Shown one piece after another: positions 1 through 37,500 of a stretch of 64,000 nt of DNA. Below the pieces are notes generated by a model. That model worked only from the letters and a program-made list of their open reading frames with translations, was not told the origin of the DNA and ran no database searches. The position numbers and the translations under genes are program-made. Each line of letters begins with the position of its first letter. The stretch's first letter is position 1. This stretch comes from Leucoraja ocellata (lineage: Eukaryota). The stretch lies in contig JAWMAR010000023.1 of the NCBI GenBank assembly GCA_036785375.1, forward strand, positions 7,440,001 through 7,504,000, given 5' to 3'.

Positions 1-64
1 CATGTTAAGCAACTTAATTAATCATCCAGTATCATTAAGGAAAAAAAAAACTATAGGATCTCAC

Positions 65-1731
65 CGGCTGTGTTTCCAGGCACATCGCATATCCTTCAGT
101 TTGTTATTTCTCATGTTCTCAACAGAAAAGACAAAGAGGTTTGTGTACATGTCGACACATTTTCGTAACTTAAAAAAAAATTGCAAACAAGTGTCAGTAA
201 CAAGGAAAACAAACTATGTTGGCAGCATTTTGGAGATTTTACTGAAATGTTGAAGAAATAATAATGAATCTTAAACAACAGCACCTTACAATTCCAAAAA
301 TTGTATTTACGTGTTTTTGCTATGATGCAATTGAGTGGTGGGGGGGGGGGGGGGTGCTTGATTTATGAGGTTTTTAGAGCTGCAATACATACATGGAGAT
401 GGAGTCAGGGTGATGAAGAATGACAAGGAGGTTCAGAGCTGGGGATGGGGAAAGAGGAAAACATTTAGTATATTTTCTTTAGTGTATATTTTAAAAGGAT
501 ACATCATGTACATAGTTGTTAATTTACTTTAAGATCAACTGTTGTGGGAACTATTCGACATCATTGTATTCACATATTTTTAAACTAGTTTCAACCAACG
601 ACAAAATATGCTGGCTGAATTTGTTTCTGTAAGCAGTGAGGGCAAGAATGAGAAGCGGGTGGAGAGCCATTTGCACTGGAGAGACGCCCAGGAACCTAGT
701 ATGTGGCACGAGGATAAAAACAGAGAATATTAATAGGAGCGGTCTGATTGGTGCCTATTGATTGTAGACTCACCTCCTCGATTAAGCTCTGTTTGACCTG
801 TAATCGTTTCTTAGTTGTTTTGGTCAAAGAAACTGGAGAAATAAAAAAAGTATTGAGTTAATACAGCGATTTAATCAACAGACTTAGAGACCAAATAGAA
901 GAGACACAAAAAGCTGGTGGGTCGGGCAGTATCTTAGGAGAAAAGGGTGACATTTGGGTCAAGGCCCTTCTTCAGACTGCGAGTCATGGGAAAGAGAAAC
1001 ATTGAAGGTACATAGAACAAATACATGAAAGATATTCAAAAAACAACGACGATCACCAACAGAGACCAAATAAAAATCAGATTTAATTTTGGTTGAATCT
1101 TTCTTATTTTGTAAAATTATTCTTCAGATCGTTGGGTCGTCCTGATATATCATTTAGTTAGAGATACGGCATGTAAACCTTATGCCCACGATATGATCAA
1201 CCAGTTCACATTAGTTTGAAGAAGGGTTTCGGCCCGAAATGTTGCCTATTTCCTTCGCTCCATAGATGCTGCTGCACCCGCTGAGTTTCTCCAGCAACTG
1301 CAGTTCCTTCTTAAGCACATTAGTTTCCCATCCATTCGAGAAATGGATTAGCCTAGTTAACCTACAAACCACGTACATCTTTGGGAAGGTACACAAAAAA
1401 GCTGGAGAAACTCAGCGGGTGCAGCAGCATATATGGAGCGAAGGAAATAGAAAAAAGTTTCGGGCCGAAACTTTGGGATGTTGGAGGAAACCGGAACACC
1501 TGAAGGAAACCCAGTGCTAACTCCACACACAGACAAGACAGCAGCCGAGGTCGGGATCGAACCCTGCGGGGTCTCAGGCAAAGGTCCTAGAGCACTATAG
1601 GATCTTTGGTCTCTACCCGCTGCGCCACTGCATCTGTGCTCACAGTTCCCCCAACACTCCGCTCACGAGTCCGGCATCGGTGGTGTCTGGGCCGCGCTCT
1701 TACCCCGCTTGTCCCGCCGGGATCGCGGCAT
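65..1731 (-). CDS. MRTO4: MRT4 homolog, ribosome maturation factor (5' part, coding exons 1-3; gene continues left of the window)
   Basis: Minus-strand exons 1731-1704 (MPRSRRDKR), 832-774 ([20 protein letters not shown]) and 168-65 ([35 protein letters not shown]). All are GT-AG and phase-consistent (28+59+104 nt). They match the vertebrate MRTO4 N-terminus (MPKSKRDKKVSLTKT...NMRNSKLKDIRNAWKHSR), and the gene is head-to-head with EMC1 as in mammals. Confidence 0.95.
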
Positions 1732-2086
1732 GATGATGACGGAGGCGCCGCTGCTGCTGCAGGTGTGGAATGCGCCTGTGGAGGCTGGAGCTGTAACCGG
1801 CGGTGTTGTGTTGACCACGACCGGCCCGGTCTGGGTCTGTCTGTCTGTCGGCTGCCTCACGTGTGTCCGCCGCCGCCTACTCCGCCGTCAGCGCCCCGTG
1901 TGGCCACCACCGCCCCTGCTCCTCTATCTTAGATCCTCTCCAACATTTACGACGAAACTGTTGAATTAGACTTTGATGCAACGCGTCGTTTATTATTATT
2001 TCATCTAAATTTAAAATCTACAAACAAAGTGTTAAATGTTTTAGACGGATTTGATTTCAACGTCGATCGGTGTCCGCCGCTGGGAG

Positions 2087-2216
2087 TCCCGTGCATGCCG
2101 GGATACTGGAGGATCCGGGCTCCCGTGCATGCCGGGTGCTGGAGGACCCGGGCTCCCGTGCATGCCGGGACATTGGAGGTCCCGGGCTCCCGTGCATGCC
2201 GGGATACTGGAGGACC
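2087..2216 (+). repeat. 33-34 bp GC-rich minisatellite, ~3.9 copies
   Basis: Unit tcccgtgcatgccgggatactggaggatccgggc starts at 2087, 2121, 2154 and 2188. Confidence 0.92.
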
Positions 2217-2224
2217 GAGCAGTG

Positions 2225-27999
<25,775 letters not shown>

Positions 28000-29326
28000 A
28001 TGTCATCAGCTTGGAAGAGAATAGTTGTCTCCTCGTCGAGTGGAGCTGAAGATGGGTGCAACCTTAACAGGGACCCCCACGCTCTTGCACCCATGTACAT
28101 ACTATGTATATTTTTCGTAACACGTTCTCAATAAGAATCAGACTGATGGACACTTTCATGAGCAGATTTTAACAAAAGTTGGTTTCATCGTTGTAAAAAT
28201 TAATTTGTTTCTATTGATCAGAAGTTTTTCTTTGGGATAAATGATGTTTATGTTCCTGCAAAATGGCTCGGAGATAGAAAGGGAACTTTTGAAAGTAATG
28301 TATACAATTAATGACAGGTGAATCTGAATGTTTCCTGGTGCTCTGCTTTAAATCTTTAGCCCATGCTGCATTTTTAGATCTGGTTGATACTTTATTTGTA
28401 AATGGATGTTGCCTCTAGCTCAGGTTCCCTATAAAAATGAATGCTGGATATTCGCATCTTTGTTAGTCTTTGGACAGAAAACGTCAGTCTTTTTGTCTTG
28501 CATTCTGACGATATCCCTTTGGTCTAATTTTTCTATCTATGAGGCAGGACATGGACTGTTTCAGAGAGGTGGATTTTCCATGTGGAAGCCCTGCCACTAG
28601 GTGATGCTGGTGCTTTTTGTCCCCTTGCACTGTGAGGTTGGATCGTGGTAGGAAAGTTTACAACACCCTCTCTCCCCTTATTATCTGCAGCCCGAATGTA
28701 CTGAATTTGGACAATAAACTACTGACTTGCATCCTTTAGTGACACAGTGATGTTACCTCTTGCCTGAGTGGGGAAAAAGAGAAAACTTTTTAACATTGCA
28801 TGTTGATAATATTCGTGAGGTGACTGATGCAGGACTGCTGATTTTTTTTTTTTGAGAGAGAATTTGAAAACATAACTGTTAATTTTTTTTAATTGTATTG
28901 TGAAGTTGGTGTGTGAGGGAGTTTTGAATTGTGGGAGTGCTCCCCACACCACAAATGTGTGAACAGAAAAAAATCGTGAACATTTTGAAATTTGACGGTG
29001 TACAAAAGGAATTGAAGACCTTAGCTGTTTTGGATGTTTAATATTTGACTCCTGAACATCCGATCGTGACAGGCATTTAGAGTCAACTTAAAGTGTGCAA
29101 TGGATGCGTGAATGAACAGAATTAATGTGTGAATATCTGATATTCTAACTATTTGCCCATGTTTCATCATTGTTTTGCAGGAAAGGGATGGTTTGAATGA
29201 TAGTTATAACCTTTTACTAGTTAGTTTGGTGTTTTATTCTCTCCCTTGCCTAAAATTCAAGTACAGCCACATCAAAAATGTTGAGACTTAAACACACCTT
29301 AAAATTAATGCATTGAAATTTTGTTA

Positions 29327-29396
29327 AATAAAAATTTATTTATGTTTGAGTTATAGTTTTTGAAACCAATTAATAAAATGTTACTGTGACATTAAA
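29327..29396 (+). terminator. Probable EMC1 polyadenylation signal cluster
   Basis: AATAAA at 29327 and 29372 and ATTAAA at 29391, followed by T/GT-rich sequence, ~1.35 kb after the stop codon and just before repeat sequence resumes. Confidence 0.55.
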
Positions 29397-30909
29397 CTTT
29401 GTTTCCTTCAGCTTCAGTCATACATAATGTTATATTTGATTTGGGAATTAATTAGGGCTCCGGCCTGAAACGTCCAGATGGGTCCCAACCCAAAATGTCG
29501 CTTATGCATGTTCTGCAGAGATGCTGCCTGACCCGCTGATTTACTTCAGTACTTTGTGTGATCTTTGTTAAACTCACAGTAGTGTTATTTTCCAAATTGT
29601 TGGCTGATGATCAGTATTTGTGCAGTTTGTTTCCTTCGCTCCATAGATGCTGCCCCACCCGCTGAGTTTCTTCAGTATTGTAGTCATCACTGGGTTATAG
29701 AGGTGCTTTTGATTTTTACTCTGAATTTAGGTCCCATAATATGTTGCTATCCTAACATTTAATACTAGGGCTCAGTTATGCTGCAGTGAACTCTCACTTT
29801 TAATTGATATTTTAAATGAAATATGCATTTTATAAATCAAATAATAAGTTTAACACATCTGTGAAACAACAAGGTCTCACAAATAATAATGAAATAAATA
29901 ACAGTTTTAGGGATGTTGATTAAGAAAAAAAGTGAACAGGGATGTCAATTGAGAGAAGTTAAGGTCAGATACTTGTGGATGTCTCTGCTCTTCGAATAAT
30001 GCTCCTGGATTATTTGTTTCCACCTGAATGAGCAGATGGTGCCTCTCACAATGCAATACTCTCTCAGTAATTGCACTGAACTCTCACATGAGATAATGTT
30101 CTTAATTTGTGATATGGATTTGAATCCTCAATCTTTGAACTCTGAGTCTTATCAATGAGTCATGACAAACAGCCATAGATGTGAGTATATTCATGAAAAG
30201 TCAGATTTACTGCTTGGGAATTTTGCAATGAATACCTCATATACCTCATAAGGTATATTATAGAAAATGTAATGTTTATCTGACCCCAAGGCCTTTAAGA
30301 TGTTAGCTCTATACTAAAATTGGCAAATCCAAAATTCCAATATTGGGTACTTTAGTGCAGTGACTCAATTTTTTCATTAGTTCATTAGAACAATCGACAG
30401 TGAAATGGCAGTCTATTAATTTCTAAACCCAAACCAGAATTTTTCACTGTATTGAATAGCTACCACAAGCATGAAAGAGTAGAATTGATAGGGGGGGACA
30501 GTGAGAGTAGTTTGGTGTGGATACAAAAAGTGTGATATATTATACACCAAGGGCCCATTTGTGTCATATTTAACATGTCAACCTAATATTTCTGTGTTTT
30601 TTTAAAAGTATTTGTAAGTTGCCTCCTTTCCTGTTCCCATTGCTTAATATTTGGATATGAATCTTAGTTTTGACCATTTTGGCAGTACATTGCATTCTAC
30701 ATTTGCACCATTCACTCTGTGACCTTAATAATTTCCATGTATCAAAATAGTCCAGTTCAAATCTGGAGGTTTAGTAAGTGGTGTAAAATGTAGATTTAAA
30801 GAGTCGATACTATGCAGGCGGAGAATATCCATATGTGGTTACTTTTTTTGCCAGGGTTTTTTAAAGTTTAAAAAGTGCCAGAGTGGAAAGATGTATTTTA
30901 TTAAAGTTT

Positions 30910-31560
30910 AAAATGCGGGGGAAATGGTTTAAACTTGCGTCGCCCTCTTTTCCTGGGCGAGAGGGACCTCTGCAGTGCTCAGTTGGTGGGTGGTCCACAA
31001 GGGCCAAGATACTAGAGGAGCTCTAGTATCTTTGCACAAGGGTAGGACCGATTGCGCTGCGGACTAGTGTGTAACGCGCTTGTGCGCGGTTCTTCTCCGG
31101 AGTGTTTAGTCCGTTGCACCAGTCGGCCCACGGGAAAATGGCGCTGAACTCGGCTCCGGCTCTGGAGCCGGACCCCGACTGGAGCGCCGCTGTCCGCCCG
31201 CTCCTCGCCGCTTCCTACTCGACATTCGAGCCGCGGGACATCGCGCAGCTTTTCAGCTCGGTCATAAACAGGTAAAGTGGGAAGCCGCGCTCCGTGGTCG
31301 CCCAGGGAAGGGAGCAGGAGGACGGGCTGAGCCGCGGCCCTGGGCCCCGCCGCTTCGCCTTTCCCCCTCCCCGCGGCCCAAACTAGGGTCGCTGCCTGCA
31401 CTGACAATCCTTGGATTTTCAACTCGATGTTGGAGGCAAATGTCAGGAAGCGGCTGCGGAACCCGCGGCCTAATCCAACAGCCGGGAACTTTCTCGAATG
31501 TGCTGGAAGCCAGGGAGGCGCAGCGGTGTTAAACCGCACCCTCATCGCCCGGCATTATCT
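30910..31560. promoter_or_regulatory. CpG island / UBR4 promoter and first exon
   Basis: CpG-rich block around UBR4 exon 1, with a YY1-like AAAATGGCG overlapping the start codon. Confidence 0.75.
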
Positions 31561-34500
31561 ATATTTTATGCCCTTCCGCCTCTCCAATACAACGCACCAT
31601 TGTGTTATTTTCATCATGCAACAACTTGCATTTCTAGAATGCAGTCGATACAGATATAGATTCTAATTATGTAGCAAAGAACTGCAAATGCTGGTACACA
31701 CAAAATGCTGGAGTGAGTCAGCGGGACAGGCAGCATCTCTGGAGCGAAGGAATGGGTGACGTTTCGGGTCGAGACCCTTCTTCAGACTCATTATATCGGG
31801 TCTCCGATCAGTGGCAGAAAATGGGGATGTCCAAGTTCCACCAAATATGTGGTTTTGGCGAAATCAGAGGAGGAGAGGGAGGCGGAAAGGTAGTGGGGAG
31901 GGTTTAAGGACAGTTTGTGATAGGGACATGGGGAGGTGGAAGATTCAGGAAGTTGTAGTAGAAGGATAAAAGTTCACGGGATGGATAACGTCCGCCAGGA
32001 AGAAGCTATTTTGTGCCCGTTGCTTGTTCGCCAGACTCAACCATCCGATCAAACCTCGTTATGAATTTCTTCATCTTTATTGGATTTCCCTTTTTGATCG
32101 TCTAAACTGAGGAGAAGCTGAATGACATGTTCTCCCCATAATTTAAACATTTAAGTGCCTGGTATTCTCGAAATCTTTACCATTTCCCCAAATCTTTGCC
32201 ATTTCCCCTCCAATCTTACCTGAGGTGTAGAAACATAGAAAATCGGTGCAGGAGGATACCATTCGGCCCTTCGAGCCAACTGATCATCCAAAATCAGTAC
32301 CCCGTTCCTGCTTTCTCCCTATATCCCTTGATTCCGTTAGCCCTAAGACATAAGGGCGGCATGGTGGCGCAGCGGTGGAGTTGCTGCCTTGCAGAGCCGG
32401 AGACCCGGGTTCGATCCCAACCACGGGTGCTGTCTGTACGGTTTTACGTTCTCTCAGTCACGTGCGTGGGTTTTCTCAGAGATCTCCGGTTTCCTCCCAC
32501 AGGGTTAATTGGCTTGGTGTATGTGTATATTGTCCCTAGTGGGTGTAGGACAGTGTTAATGCGTGGGGATCCTGGTTGGTGCGGACTAGGTGGGCCAAAG
32601 GGCCTGTTTCCACGCTGTATCTCCAAGCTAAGCTATATCTAACTCTTGAAATCATCCAGTGAATTGGTCTCCACTGCCTTCTGTGGCATAGAATTCCGCA
32701 GATTCACAATTCGCTGGGTGAAAATTTTTTTCCTCGTCTTAGTCCTAAATGACCTCCCCCTTATTCTTACACTGATACCCTGGTTCTGGACTCCCCGAAC
32801 ATCTGGAACATTTTTCCTGCATCTAGCCTGTCCAATTCCTTAAGAATTTTATGTTTATATAAGATACCCTCTCATCCTTCTAAATTCCAATGAATATAAG
32901 CCCAGTCGATCCATTCTGTCATCATATGTCAGTCCTGCCATCACAGGAATTAACCTGGTGAACCTACACTGCACTCCCTCAATAGCAAGAAGGTCCTTCC
33001 TCAAATTAGGAGACCAAGACTGCACACAATACTCCAGGTGTGGTCCCACCAGGGCCCTATACAACTGCTGTAGGACCTTCTTGCTCCTGTACTCAAATCC
33101 TCTCGCTATGAAGGCCAACATGCCATTTGCTTTCTTCCCTGGCTGCTTTACATGCATGCTTACTTTCAATGACTGATGTACAAGTCTTGTTGAACCTCCC
33201 CTTTTCCTAATCTGACACCATTCAAATAATAATCTGCCTTCTTGTTCTTGCCACCACTGTGGATAACCTCACATTTATACAAATTATACTGCATCTGCCA
33301 TGCATCTGCCCACTCACCCAACCCATCCAACTCACCTTGCAGCCTCATAGCATCCTCCTCGCAGCTCATACTGCCGCCCAGCTTTGTGTCATCCGCAAAC
33401 TTGTAGATGTTACATTTAATTCCTTTGTGTAAATCGTTAATATATATTGTAAATAACTGTGGTCCCAGCACTAAGCCTTGCGGCGTCCCACTAGTCACTG
33501 CCTGCCGTTCTGAAAAGGACCCGTTAATTCCTACTCTCTGCTTTCTGTCTGCCAACCAACTCTCTATCGTGTCAACACCCTACCCCCAATACCATGTGCT
33601 CTAATTGTGCACACTAATCTTTTGTGTGGGATCTTGTCAAAGGCTTTTTGAAAGTCCAGATACACCACATCCACTGGCTCTCCCTTATCCATTCTACTTG
33701 TTACATCCTCACAAAAAGAGTTTGTCCATAAATGAATGGAGATAAATCTGACCGTGTCTGTATCACCGAGTGTGTTTCTGTACAGTTTCTAGCAGAAAAT
33801 GCTGGACATCGTGAGTGAGGCAGTGTTTGTGGAGAACATAGAACTGCACAGGAATGGACCCACAATATCTTTGCTTAACATGATGCCAGATACGATGAAA
33901 GAAAGCAGATGCTTGTTTATACCAAAGATAGATAGACAATGCTTGAGTAACTCAGCGGATCAGGCAGCATTCCAGGAGAAAATGGGCAGGTGACGTCTCG
34001 TGTGTTGACCCTCCTGGAGATGTGGGATATATGAGATCGGTAATGCTATTGGATATCAAAGTGTGATGATCACACGCGTTTCCACTTGAGAGTCCAATGT
34101 TCAAGCTTTGATGTTTGCAGATATTGGTAAATTTTTGGTTGAGCTTTGAATAAAACAGACGATTAATGAGCATCCTATTTCTGACATCCTTTGAACCTGC
34201 AGTTGCAATATTCTAGGTTAAGATTGGGAATAATTCCAATCATTGGAGAGTTTTCATGGTTTGTAATATGGAGGAGGACAGATGTGGCAGCTGTGGGAGG
34301 ACAGTGTGTTTTCTTGTGTTTGATTTGATTCCAAAAATTGTTGTGATGTTTATTGAATTAATACTGGGCACTATTGTGGCCACTTCTTTGCCTTTTGTAT
34401 ACCCTTGGGTTGCCATCTCCCATGTGTTTGAGTTATTAGCAATCCAAGACACACTCGAGATCTGTGGAGGAGGAACTGTTTGTTGTTAAAAATAAATACT

Positions 34501-37500
34501 TTTGTCCAAGAATGGTAGTATCTTAAGCTGCTCTGCCACTTAAAACATTTTTCTACTGGCGTTCACCAGATAACTCAATATATTCCCGTCTCCCGGCAAT
34601 TTGGAGCAACTCATTCAAAGGATGTGTTGCTGATATTTGATGATACCTCACGCTTCCTGAAAAATATGTAACATCAAGAACAGAAAATGATGTTAACACT
34701 CGGCAAGTTAGGCATCATCTGCGACGAGAAATAGTTGATGTTTCCAGTTAATGATCTTTCATCAGAATCTGCTGGGTATTACTTAAGCTCATAAGCCATA
34801 GAATCAGACTTAGGCCATTTGGCCTATCGTGTCTACTCTGTCATTGCATCATGGCTGATCTATCTTTTCCTCTCAATCCTGTTTTCATGCCTTCTCCCTA
34901 TAACCTTTGTCACCCATACTAATCAAGAACCTGTTAATCTCCGCTTTAAAAATACCCAATGTCTTGGCTGCCACGGCCGTCTGTGGCAATGAATTCCCCA
35001 GATTCACCACCCTCTGACTATAGAAATTCCTTCCCATCTCCTTTCTAAACTTGCATCGTTTTATTATGAGGCTGTGCCCTCTAGTCGTAGATCTCCCACT
35101 CGTGGAAACATCCTCACCACATTCACATTATCCAGGCCTTTCAGTTTCAATGAGGTTCCCCATCATCCTTCTAAATTCCAATGTTAGACAGCGTACTGCA
35201 CAGGACTTCATTATCTTGCAGATTAGCAGGGCAACAGGAGTAAAGTTGGGCTGTCTGATCTTATTCACTAATTTTCAGTACAACCTTTTTTTTAAAGGAT
35301 ATATTATCAATGTTAATACAGGATGGTAACATTACTGCAAATGAATTTATGGGGTAAACAGTGTAGTGCAGGGACAGGCACTTCGACCTATGATGCCAAA
35401 CATAATGCCTGATTAAACTAATTCCTTATGTGACCCATATCCCTCCATCCCTGCATATTCATGTACCTTTTCAAAAGCCTACTACCATATCAGCTTCTTC
35501 CACCACCCCAGGCAGCAGATTTAAGGAACCGACCACTCACTGTGAAAACAAACAAAAAAAAATGTCCTGTGCATTTTCTTTAAATCTTCCCCCTCTGACC
35601 GTTGCTGCATTACTCTCATCGTTGGTGCCTCGTAACTCAATCTCCCTCTATAACCGGCAAGAGCAGTATTGACCGATGATCAGACTGGCCAAAATGAGGA
35701 AGGGGGATGGAGCGATAGGCATATTTGATAGTGATATTGCAATGGTCTAGAGTGTTAACACCCCAAGTTCAGAAGTAGACATGCTGATGGTATTTGGGGA
35801 TTGCATTCCTGAGGTGTGCCCAATTGAAGTTGCGAGTGATGATGAATCGGGTATAAGGGTTTGCTATCTCAAAATAATTGATGACCGAGTACAATTCATC
35901 TTGCTGTTGAATTTGGGTGCTGTGTAGACTGCTGACAAGATGGTCGAAGTGAATTCCCATGGTGGATTAGAGGGATGGCATTTCATGATCAGTTATTCCA
36001 GAGCAGAGGAGCAGAAATTACCTAGGGCCGTCACATCAGTGTACTACGAAACATCGACGATAAAGCAGATACCCCCGTTTTCATTATGTCTGAATATTGT
36101 ATGCTGTTCGTACTAAAATTAGAGAAAACCGTGTATCAAGAGTATCAAGGCTGAGCCATGTTTCAGTGAAACATGGCTGTCTCTGATATCCCTGTGGAAC
36201 AGCAGTCTTGTTCTGAGGTCTTCAAGTTTGTCCTCGAGTGATTGAACGTTGGCTAGAAGTATGCTGAGGTGGGGGGGTGGGGGGGGGGAAGGGTTAGCTT
36301 GTTGTCTTAGCGGATGTAGCCTCGTAGATTCTTCTGACTCGCCAGAGGTATGTACACATGCACACTGGGCAGATGCTTTGGCAGGTTATCACCTGTCTTG
36401 TTGATTCCAACTCATCTGCCTTTCACTCTAAATCCTCTCAGGAAATGTTTCCATCAAAAATCCAATTGACATTCCCAAATTTTACAGATGACTTCTGCAC
36501 CTTGCATACCTATTTTAATTAGCTTCAGATTAATTCATATTATTCCTGATTTGTAGCCCGTTTTTCAGCAAGACACTGGCCTTTGACTTTTCCTCCTTGC
36601 AGAATCATAGAGACAAGAATCATGCATCTGGGGCCATCAGTTCACTGTCTGCACTGACCATCAAACACCCATTTGCACTAATGACATAAATTCTATTTTT
36701 ATTCTCTCCAGTTCTCTTTAACTCTGTCCAGATTCTTCCACTAATTTAGGTAATGGAGACATTATACTATTATACTACTAATCCTGCATGGCATTGGAAT
36801 GGGATAGGATGGGGGGTGGGGGGGAACCGGAGCATCATTGGAGGCTCATTTGGTCATGGAGAATGTGCATTCATCACACAGACAGGATCAGACGTCAGGA
36901 TTGAGCCCAGATCTCTGGCACTGTGAAAGCTTTTCACTGTATTTCGGTACTCGTGAGAATAAACTAAACTGAACAGTGACTCTGTGAGCTGCACCATTGT
37001 CTGCCTAATTCTAGTGTCCATTTTATCCAGGGGATGCTGGGAAATTCCTACAGCGATGTGGGGATGTGCAAAACCAAATGATGTTTGCTCTTCTGTCTCT
37101 CTTTTTGATTAAATTGATTGAAAGATACAGCATGGAAACAGCCCCTTTGGCCCACCGAGTTCACGCCGCCATCAATCATCCGATTACACTAGTTGAACAT
37201 TAACCCACTTTTGCATCCACTCCCGACACACGAGGGACAATGTACAGAGGCCAATTAACCTACAAACCCACACATCTTTAGGATGTGGGAGGAAACCAAG
37301 ATTGACTGGCAATTAATTCTAAAAGGGTTGACGGTGGATATGCAATGGAAGACATTTAAAGACTGCATGGATGAACTACAAAAATTGTTCATCCCAGTTT
37401 GGCAAAAGAATAAATCAGGGAAGGTAGTACATCCATGGATAACAAGGGAAATCAGGGATAGTATCAAAGCGAAGGATGATGCGTACAAATTAGCCAGAAA

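Noticed and set aside
2087-2216. CRISPR-like array
   Set aside because: Head-to-tail tandem units with no unique spacers, in a vertebrate locus with no cas genes.
31012-31545. 177-aa antisense ORF over UBR4 exon 1
   Set aside because: Expected stop-codon scarcity in a GC-rich CpG island, with no recognisable protein features.
32355-32425. tRNA gene (A and B boxes)
   Set aside because: It is the tRNA-derived head of a SINE, followed by SINE body and LINE-like tail, with many decayed copies in the window.
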